A DNA stretch of 20,975 nt from Octopus sinensis (taxonomy: Eukaryota), in the NCBI RefSeq assembly GCF_006345805.1, contig NW_021823789.1, forward strand, positions 1-20,975. The letters are read 5' to 3'. Under the pieces are notes generated by a model. The model saw only the letters and a program-made list of their open reading frames with translations, made no database searches and was not told the origin of the DNA. A program made the position numbers and the translations under genes. Shown piece by piece: positions 10,097 through 18,320 of the stretch (position 1 is the stretch's first letter; each line of letters begins with the position of its first letter).

Positions 10097-10328
10097 GGCG
10101 GCGAGCTGGCAGAAAACGTTAGCACGCCGGGCGAAATGCTTAGCGGTATTTCGTCTGCCGTTACGTTGTGAGTTGAAATTCTGCCGAGGTCGACTTTGCC
10201 TTTCATCCTTTCGAGGTCGATTAAATAAGTACCAGTTACGCACTGGGGTCGATGTAATCGACTTAATACCTTTGTCTATCCTTGTTTGTCCCTTCTGTGT
10301 TTAGCCCCTTGTGGGTAATAAAGAAATA
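10097..10328 (+). mobile_element. tRNA-derived SINE, family B, full length, with about 15-bp TSD
   Basis: Head GGCGGCGAGCTGGCAGAA through tail GTGGGTAATAAAGAAATA. Flanked by GGTTGTCAATACACA (10078-10092) and GGTTGTCAACACACA (10329-10343), 14/15 identical. Confidence 0.9.
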
Positions 10329-10429
10329 GGTTGTCAACACACACAGACACATTAATGTTTATTGTTATGTCGAGTTATATAAACAATTTTATATTAAACT
10401 GAAGGATTACGCAATACTTTTTCTAGAGT

Positions 10430-10520
10430 CACAGATAGATAGATAGACAGACCGACAGACAGACAAATAAATAGACAGACAGACAAATAGATAAATACAT
10501 AGATGAACAGACAGCCAGAA
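10430..10520. repeat. (AGAT/AGAC)n degenerate tetranucleotide repeat
   Basis: Visible AGAY units. Confidence 0.8.
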
Positions 10521-11164
10521 AAAACGGTCACGAGGAAGACTACTAGACACGCAGACTTATTTACAACTGTAAACAGATGGCTAAATAGAGATAAAGATAT
10601 AGAATTATAGAAGTAGCGAGGTGGTGACAGTTGATAATGCATGTGTCATAGACAAAACACAGAAGATGCTTTGTACATCACTTCGTATGCACCTTATTGC
10701 AATAATTCTGTCTGCTTTTGTATTGTCGTTATTATTGCCTTGCTAATTCTTGTTCCCATCCATTTCTTTCTTCTTTCTTCCCAACCGTAGCCAAGTCATG
10801 GATGAGTTCACACTATTCCTGCTATTGTTTTCCACTTGCCGCCATTGTTTAATATTTTTAGTTTTATTCATTTTTATTTTATTTTATTTTTGATACATTT
10901 TTTATCATATTTTTTTGTTTTAACTTTCCTGTCTCCAAATTGTCTCGCATGAAGGATGACGTCACAAAAACCCCAGCCAAGCGGAAACCATTTTGGAGAC
11001 AATAGCTGGTTTATTTAATTTGTTTTAAATTTTGCTATTTAGTATTGTCATCATCATCATCATCAGCATCCTCTTTTACCACCTCCATTCCTTCCTTCCC
11101 CTTTTCCCCCCCTCCTCTTCATCATCCTCTTCTCGTCGTCATCGGAAAAATAATTATAATAATT

Positions 11165-11370
11165 GCTTCTAATATAGGCACAAGGCCAGCAATTTTGAGA
11201 GACGAGTGTTAGTATATACAGTCATTCCCAGTACTTATCTAGAACTTTATTTTAGCGACCTCGAAAGGGCGAAATTCAACGTTGACTACGGTGGGATTTG
11301 GGCACAGAAAGCAAAGAATTAGCGGAAGTAACACCACAAGGTATTTTATCCATCTCTTCTACGTCTCCGC
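11165..11370 (-). mobile_element. SINE family B, highly decayed
   Basis: GGCACAAGGCCAGCAATTT is the reverse complement of the tail of the 4045 copy; residual GCGACCTCGAAAGG core. Confidence 0.6.
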
Positions 11371-11429
11371 TATTCCACCAATGTCTGTTCATTTAGTCAT
11401 TCTTGACTGAATCAAATTTCGATTAGATA

Positions 11430-11846
11430 GGCGCAGGAGTGGCTGTGTGGTAAGTAGCTTGCTAACCAACCACATGGTTTCGGGTTCAGTCCCACTGCGT
11501 GGCATTTTGGGCAAGTGTCTTCTGCTATAGCTCCGGGCCGACCAATGCCTTGTGAGTGGATTTGGTAGACGGAAACTGAAAGAAGCCTGTCGTATATATG
11601 TATATGTATATATATGTATGTATGTGTGTATGTTTGTGTGTCTGTGTTTGTCCCCCTAGCATTGCTTGACAACCGATGCTGGTGTGTTTACGTCCCCGTC
11701 ACTTAGTGGTTCGGCAAAAGAGACCGATAGAATAAGTACTATTCTAAAGAATAAGTCCCGGGGTCGATTTGCTCGACTAAAGGCGGTGCTCCAGCATGGC
11801 CGCAGTCAAATGACTGAAACAAGTAAAAGAGTAAAAGAGTAAAAGA
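11430..11846 (+). mobile_element. tRNA-derived SINE, family A (CORE-like), full length
   Basis: A-box-like TGGCTGTGTGG and B-box-like GGTTCAGTCCC. TTTGGGCAAGT resembles the CORE-SINE motif. Internal TA/TG tract and (GTAAAAGA)x3 tail. Homologous to many other copies in the window. Confidence 0.9.
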
Positions 11847-11909
11847 AAAAGAGTAAGTCAGAAAAGGGTGAATGAAGAGGAGGGAGTCGAGAGAAGACGC
11901 AGTGTGTAT

Positions 11910-11973
11910 GTGTGCACGTGTGTCTGTGTGCATGTGTGTCTGTGTGCACGTGTGTCTGTGTGCTCGTGTGCCT
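11910..11973. repeat. 16-bp minisatellite, 4 copies (GTGTGCACGTGTGTCT)
   Basis: Units start at 11910, 11926, 11942 and 11958, with 0-2 substitutions each. Confidence 0.9.
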
Positions 11974-12058
11974 GTGCGTATGAAACGGCCTTGAGCGACA
12001 GGTCTTTCAGTGAGAGAGAACGAGGCATATATATAGATAGATAGATATATCGGTTACG

Positions 12059-12376
12059 TGTTTCAATCATTAGACTTGTGGCCATGCTGGGGCACCACTT
12101 TGGAGAAGTTTAGTCGAACGAATCGACGCTAGTACTCATAACAGGGATGTAAATGTATCAACACCGGTTGTCGAGCGGTGGTGAGGACAAACACAAAAAT
12201 AAAGACACACACACATATATAAATATTTACGACATGCTTCTTTCAGTTTCCGTCTTCAAAATACATTCACAAGGCTTTTATTGGTCCGGTGCTATAATAG
12301 AAGACACTTGCTCAAGGTACTACGCGGTAGGACTGAACCCGGAACCATGTGGTTGGTAAGCAAGCAACTTACCACT
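12059..12376 (-). mobile_element. SINE family A with internal deletion
   Basis: Reverse complement aligns to the head and tail of 11430-11846 but lacks part of the 3' half. Confidence 0.85.
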
Positions 12377-12443
12377 AAACTGTTACTTCATTTATCGACT
12401 CCGAACGTATAAAAAGCAAAGTTCCATCAGCGAAATTTGAACT

Positions 12444-12627
12444 TGACAACCGATGTTGGTGTGTTTACGATCCCATAAATTTGCATTTCGGCAAAGGAGA
12501 CCGATAGAATAAGTACTAGTCTTACAAAGAATAAGTCCTGTTGTCGATTTCTTCGACTAAAATATTTCAAGACGGTGCTGCAGCATGACTGCAGTCAAAT
12601 GACTGAAGAATGTAAAAGAATAAAAGA
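12444..12627 (+). mobile_element. SINE family A 3' half
   Basis: TTGACAACCGATGTTGGTGTGTTTAC...GAGACCGATAGAATAAGTACT...GCAGTCAAATGACTGAA. Confidence 0.85.
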
Positions 12628-13000
12628 AAAAAAGAATATGAAAAGGAATCCTTATTCTAGGATCAGGGTGGAGCAGTAAAATGGCAAAATGAAGAAGAAA
12701 AAAAAAAGAACCTACAACCCCAAAACTTCAAAAGTTCTTAGGCCTTTCCAACTAGTAGAAAGGAATGAGGGAATCATTCTCAGACTGTGTCGGATATTGG
12801 CGGTGGTGATTTTGGTGGTTATAGTTGTTGCTGTGGTGGTTGTTGATGTTGTGGTGGCGATGATGGTGGTGACGGGTGCTATAGGAAGTGCGTTGGAGGA
12901 TACAGGAGTATTCAACCACAGCACAAAGTGTGAAGATGTAATTGACTAAAGAGAGTTAATAGCAGGGTTTTAAATAGCTAACACATGTATGTCCATACAA

Positions 13001-13042
<42 letters not shown>

Positions 13043-13350
13043 TTAGAACAAATACATTTAGACACACTGTAAAGTATTGTTTTCAATCGAGTAGTGATAA
13101 GCGAGGGGAGAGGAGGTGATGACAGACCGGAAACTTACGTAATGCGTGCATCATGCTTGTAAACGCATTACTTGTTTAACGTTCACATAACAATCAATGA
13201 TTAAGAGGCATATTGTTTCCCTTATACTCATACAAACACACATAGACATGCACAAACGCAAGCAAATATAGGCACCCATGCTTGCACACATATGTCTAGA
13301 CAGAGGATTCAGTTATACACTCATACATTCATTCAGCTATTTGAGGTTTA

Positions 13351-13447
<97 letters not shown>

Positions 13448-13586
13448 CGTCGAGCAATATATTATTAATTATACTATACAATTGGTCAGAATGTGACTGC
13501 TTGTTTCGCGCCAACTTTTCAACGTACTCGATAATGACAAGGTGTATGTGTGCGTGTGCGAGTGTGTGTGTACATGTGTGTGTGTG

Positions 13587-13613
13587 CTAGCAGATATACC
13601 CGGCGTTGCCCGG
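13587..13613 (-). mobile_element. Helitron 3' terminus (hairpin plus CTAG); 5' extent unresolved
   Basis: Minus strand reads CCGGGCAACGCCGGGTATATCTGCTAG, the same hairpin type as 2011-2038. The following base is C rather than the expected T. Confidence 0.65.
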
Positions 13614-13787
13614 ATTACATAGAATAAGGAAATTTAAAAACACCGTCTTGATTACGCAAGCCTCAACTGTTAGTAGCTGAGATACCAACTTTCTACATTA
13701 ATAATTCTCCAGCCTATGCCAGCATAGTACATAGACGTAAAGCGAAATGTTAAAATCAAGATTTTAACACATATATGTATATAAAGT

Positions 13788-14086
13788 GATCACGTGACCG
13801 ACCAGACCATCAGATGTTGTTACACATCGCTGGTCACAATGCGTTCGCATTATTTTAGCCTTTGAATGACGCCACCCCGCTGGCTAAGCGAGCAGGCCAA
13901 CAGAAGAAAGTGTGGAAGAAAGAGTAATGAAAGAGTACAGCAGGGATCACCACCCCCTGCCGGAGCGTCGTGGAGGTTTTAGGTGTTTTCGCTCAATAAA
14001 CACTCACAACGCCCGGTCTGGGAATCGAAACCGCGATCCTACGACCGCGAGCCCGCTGCCCTAACCACTGGGCTATTGCGCCTCCC
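13788..14086 (-). mobile_element. tRNA-derived SINE, family C, full length, perfect 12-bp TSD
   Basis: Minus-strand head GGAGGCGCAATAGCCCAGTGG (A box) and GGTTTCGATTCCC (B box). TGTATATAAAGT occurs at 13776-13787 and 14087-14098. Confidence 0.92.
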
Positions 14087-14615
14087 TGTATATAAAGTAA
14101 ATACATGTAATTCAAAATCATGTTTTGTGTAGCTTATTTCGTAACAAAAAAAAAACAGGTACAAATTATAAACGATGTAAGGTCGATTTTGGTGATTCAT
14201 TTGACAGAAGTAGTAGAGAGCCAATTCGATGATAAATCTGACCTTGGACCTTGAAATTTTGCAAGAATCCTGCCTCAGTTAAATCACTTGTGGCTCCAAA
14301 TGATGCACAAATTTGCACAAAAACTAGAAATATTCAATTTTACGGAAAAAGAGTAAACACTTGGCGGGGATTCACCAAATCCAATCTATTAGTAGCACAG
14401 TGAAGATTTGAAAGTCATTAAAAAAATTCTCCATATAGGATTCTTATGTGAACAGATGCGCAAACTTGGATGCATGCATCGACAGTTCAACCAACACACC
14501 GGCTCAATTACATATTTACAAACACCTGGAACTCTCTTAATTCTTGTTGCCTTCCTAGCAACCAGCTTGAACTTTCTCAAGAACTTAAACTCAGGGAAAA
14601 GTTACATATGTATAT

Positions 14616-14830
14616 AAAGTTAATCCAAACAAGAAAGCACAAAAAAACACAACAACGCGAGGACGTGGAACAGATATAGTATTATTGGACGCTCAGGAAA
14701 GAAGGAAAGAAGGAGGGTTTAACGTTTCGAGCGGAGCTCTTCGTCGGAAACATAGGAGAAGGAAAGATCCAGAGAAGGGAAGACAGAAGAAAAGAAATCG
14801 CCAACGGTGCACACGAGGTCACATTTTGAA
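14616..14830 (-). mobile_element. Short non-coding element resembling a Penelope-like-element terminus, carrying a hammerhead motif
   Basis: Contains the 14717-14751 fold, is homologous to 16135-16250 and lies between TA/TG-rich tracts. The PLE assignment is inferred from the motif type; boundaries are approximate. Confidence 0.55.
14717..14751 (-). ncRNA. Minimal type I hammerhead ribozyme motif (CCGACGA core, extra A after A9)
   Basis: GUUU-CCGACGA-A-GAGC(UCC)GCUC-GAA-ACGU-U-AAAC. Stem I GUUU/AAAC, stem II GAGC/GCUC, palindromic ACGU helix III. Predicted cleavage after GUU (14721/14720). Confidence 0.65.
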
Positions 14831-14859
14831 ATACATGTATATATGTATATACATATATA

Positions 14860-14906
<47 letters not shown>

Positions 14907-15088
14907 CTACAAACACACATGCGCAGTATTTTAACATCAAATTTTCTCAAAAGAAAGAGAATCCCAAAAACAAACAGATTACAATAGCGCAATCAAATTA
15001 CATACACTGGTTAACACCAAAATATTTAATAACTCCTAAATGTTTCTAGAAATCCTGTCGAAGTTCAATTAGAAACTTCAGCGACTTT

Positions 15089-15322
15089 CATCGGTTGTCA
15101 GGCAATGCTTGGGGGACAAACACAGAAACATATACACGCACACACACATATATATACATATACACGGCGGGCTTCTTTCAGTTTCCGTCTACCAAATCCA
15201 CTCACAAGGTCGGCCCGAGGCTATAGTAGAAGGCACTCGCCCAAGGTGCCACGCAGTGGGACTGAACCCGGAACCATGTGATTGGTAAGCAAGCTACTTA
15301 CCACACAGCCACTCCTGCGCCT
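15089..15322 (-). mobile_element. SINE family A 5' part, close to the 11430 copy
   Basis: Reverse complement AGGCGCAGGAGTGGCTGTGTGGTAAGTAGCTTGC...GGAAACTGAAAGAAGCCCG looks about 90% identical by eye to 11429-11590. Confidence 0.9.
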
Positions 15323-15470
15323 CTCTCTCTCTCTCTCTCTACATATATATATATAGTGCCCGAATACCCTTTTCAGCCAAGTCAGAACAGTATAAATGTA
15401 TGTGCATTAGTGTATGTATGTGCGTGTGCAAGCATGTGAGTGTGGGTGCCTGCGTGATAATGTGCTTCGC

Positions 15471-15623
15471 TTGTCTCAATTATTGGGCTGCAGCCATGCT
15501 GGGGCACTGCCTTGAAGTGTTTAGTTGAACACTTGACCCCTGTACTAATTTTTTAAGTCCGGCATTTATTCCATCGGTCTCTTTTGCGAAACTGCTAAGT
15601 TACGGGACGCAAACAAATCGACA
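15471..15623 (-). mobile_element. SINE family A 3' part, decayed
   Basis: GCTGCAGCCATGCTGGGGCAC...CCATCGGTCTCTTTTGCGAAACTGCTAAGTTACGGGAC. Confidence 0.75.
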
Positions 15624-15646
15624 TATATATATACATCATTTATCTT

Positions 15647-16129
15647 TAACTGCTTTAGTCGTTAAACTGCGGCCCAGCTCGGGCAAGCTCAGAACGGTTT
15701 AGTCGAAAAAAAAATCTACCTCGGGATTTTATTTAAGCTTAGTACTTACCCTATCGTTCTCTTGTGCCGGACCGCTAAGTTACGGCGACGTAAACATACG
15801 AACACCAGTTGTCAAGCGGTGGAGGGGGAACGAGAACAAATACAATGATATATACATACAGACATACATGTACGTATGTATGTATGTATGTATGCATGCA
15901 TGCATGCATGTATGTATGTATGTATGTATGTATGTATGTATGTATGTATGTATGTGTGTGTATATAATATGATGGGTTTATATTACTTTCCATCTACCAA
16001 ATCCACTCACAAGTTTTTGGTCGGCCCGAGGATATCGCAGAAGACACCTGCCCAAGGTGCTACGCAATGGGACTGAGCTCGGAACCAAGTTGTTGGGAAG
16101 CAAACGTCTTACTACACAGCCACGCCTGT
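15647..16129 (-). mobile_element. SINE family A, decayed full length with expanded internal (TATG)n
   Basis: Tail, core and head motifs are in order; internal TATG array at about 15873-15955. Confidence 0.8.
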
Positions 16130-16134
16130 ACAGA

Positions 16135-16250
16135 AAGCAAAAGACCCAGAGAGGTGAGGGAACAGCAAGCAGGTGTATTAGTTTGACGCTCGGGAAAAAT
16201 GGAAAAGTCTTTGACATTTCGAGCCTACGCTCTTCGACAAAAAGGGATGA
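16135..16250 (-). mobile_element. Homologue of the 14616-14830 element with a damaged hammerhead
   Basis: Shares GAGG..GGAACAG..GTATTA..GACGCTC(A/G)GGAAA..TTTCGAGC..GCTCTTCG with 14650-14745. Confidence 0.6.
16209..16243 (-). ncRNA. Degenerate type I hammerhead motif
   Basis: CUUU-UGUCGA-A-GAGC(GUAG)GCUC-GAA-AUGU-C-AAAG. Stems I and II are intact and the triplet is GUC. The core lacks C3 and has A6U, and the helix III palindrome is broken. Confidence 0.5.
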
Positions 16251-16448
16251 TAAATATAGATAGATAGATAGATAGATACATACATACATAAACATGCATA
16301 CACACATATATACATACACACATACGTACATACAAAAATATATACATAGTTCGCAAATACATACATGCAAAGATACATACATACGTACGTACATACATAC
16401 GTAAGTACGTACATACATACATACCTACATACATGTACATAGATATAC

Positions 16449-16617
16449 ACGATGAGTTTCCACACAGTTTCAGTCTACCAGATTCACTTATAAGGCTTCG
16501 ATCGGCCTGGAACTATAGCAAAAGACACTTGACCAAGGCGCCGCGCAGTGGTGGTACTAAACTCAAGACGTGATGGCTTCAAAGCGAACTTCTTAACACC
16601 ACAGCTATGCTAGCGCG
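16449..16617 (-). mobile_element. SINE family A 5' part, decayed
   Basis: CTACCAGATTCACTTATAAGGCTT...AAGACACTTGACCAAGGCGCCGCGCAGTGG...CCACAGCTATGC. Confidence 0.7.
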
Positions 16618-17066
16618 TGGGCGAAATTGGGTATTCGGGTAGTAGGTCGATTATTTGCGAGTGGGAATCGGATAGTATATGAATAGCGTTGATAGACAAT
16701 CTCAAGCGGATAGGTAAAGATAGAGTGGTAAAAATATATTTTCAACAGCATAAATACAAAATAAAAATAAATATAAATATAAATAGAAGCAAAAGCTTTT
16801 AAGATAGCTAAATATATAACAACAATAGGGTCACTTTACTTTTAAATAGAATGCTAAATACACACACACAAACACACACAGCATAAGCACTTGCGTATAT
16901 ATGTATTCATAAATATATATATATATACATGCGTGCATGTGTATGTGTGTGTGTGAGTGGGATGTGTATGCGTGAGTATATTTATGTATGTATTTATGTG
17001 TGTGCGTGCATATGTATGTATATATACGTATATATACGTATATATAGTGTATATACGTGTATATAC

Positions 17067-17097
<31 letters not shown>

Positions 17098-17099
17098 GG

Positions 17100-17230
17100 T
17101 AAACAGTAAAAATAATTACAGACATGGACAAGAACATGAAACACCACAGAGACGACACAAGAACCACAGGACGGGACATTCGAAGCCCTCAGTCATCAGT
17201 CAAGAACCAGATCATCTTAGCAATTTCGGC
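17100..17230 (-). mobile_element. Possible further PLE-terminus-like element with a hammerhead-like remnant
   Basis: Between TA tracts; minus strand has CTGATGA-CT-GAG(GGC)TTC-GAATGTC but no stem I. Confidence 0.3.
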
Positions 17231-17333
17231 TATATATATGTATGTATGTATGTATGCATGTATGTATATATAGGTGCAGGCATGGCTGTGTGGTTTCCAG
17301 TAGAAACGGTAATCGCAAAGCTGACGGCGGTGC

Positions 17334-17366
<33 letters not shown>

Positions 17367-17859
17367 CCAGACTACTCGTGACTCATTAGGTCACTAATAA
17401 TTCAAGGTACCCGGAAAATCTGAGTTTCCCAGCAACGGAGTTTTGTATCGTGTTTTTTTTCCTTTTCCAGAATATTTCGCATGCTTTCATCGAATGTAAC
17501 ATTGAAATCAAGTGTAAACGGCTCCTTTCCCCTGAAAAGGGAAGATTTGGCTGCTATTTCTTGCACGACCTGATATTTGTGATAAAGGACCTGAAATACC
17601 TGTTATGTGGTGGCAGGGTGTGCTAGAAGTAGCAGTCAAATCTTTAGAGGTGAGATACGTTGAATGCGCTCGAAAGAAGCCTACGAGGAAAAAACTATTT
17701 CACACCGAAGTTACGAACGAGTCTTTTACAAAATATTTTCCATATTTTTAAAGTCATTTTTATTTTTAAATATTTTGCCCATCATAATATTTATGGAAAG
17801 GTTAGAGTTTCTTCCCTTTCAGAGTTAACTTATTTTCGGAGTATTTTCCCATTATGCAA

Positions 17860-18050
17860 TGTTTTGGGTATTTATACCCACCCCCTCAAATCCTAAATAT
17901 CTCAATAACTACTGGTCCGATCTACGCCAAACTTGTCTTATTCCGTTTGTATTCAAATTTCAGGGGCACTTTACTTTCAAAGTATTTTCCCATTATTCGC
18001 TGGTTTGGCTGTGTAACATTGCAAACCAGCAAGCAAGATTGAACTTCATT
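17860..18050 (+). mobile_element. Possible Helentron/HINE-like non-autonomous element fragment
   Basis: TTTATACCC, AAATATCTCAATAACTACTGGTCCGATCTACGCCAAACTT, duplicated GTATTTTCCCATTAT, and a 9-bp stem GCTGGTTTG/CAAACCAGC (17999-18030). Resemblance only. Confidence 0.35.
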
Positions 18051-18101
18051 TTTAATGTAATATAGATATATATAATGTATGTATGTATGTAGGTATACAT
18101 A

Positions 18102-18310
18102 TATTCTTTTACTTTTTACTTGTTTCAGTTATTTGGCTGCGATCATGATGGAGCACCGCCTTTAGTCGAACAAATTGACCCCAGCACCTATTCTCTGTAA
18201 GCCTAGTACTTATTCTATCGGTATCTTTTGCCGAACTTCTAAGTTATAGGGATGTAAAAACGCCAACGTCGGTTGTCAAGCGATGGTGGGGGACAAACAC
18301 AGACACACAA
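18102..18310 (-). mobile_element. SINE family A 3' half
   Basis: TTCTTTTACTTTTTACTTGTTTCAG...GGAGCACCGCCTTTAGTCGAAC...AGTACTTATTCTATCGG...GGTTGTCAAGCGATG. Confidence 0.85.
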
Positions 18311-18320
18311 ATATATATAT

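Noticed and set aside
12689-12949. 86-aa ORF with a Val-rich hydrophobic stretch
   Set aside because: The hydrophobic part comes from degenerate GTT/GTG/GGT repeats; no splice or homology support.
11430-14086. tRNA-like sequences with A and B boxes
   Set aside because: They are SINE heads continuing into repeat bodies, with no complete cloverleaf; not called as tRNA genes.
14239-14251. DR1/FTZ-F1-like TGACCTTGGACCT
   Set aside because: Short motif with no supporting context; similar strings occur in molluscan repeats.
14286-14580. Minus-strand donors giving ...HHLEPQ| and ...LREFQ|
   Set aside because: Weak donors (GTGATT, GTGTTT), nearby in-frame stops and no start codon.
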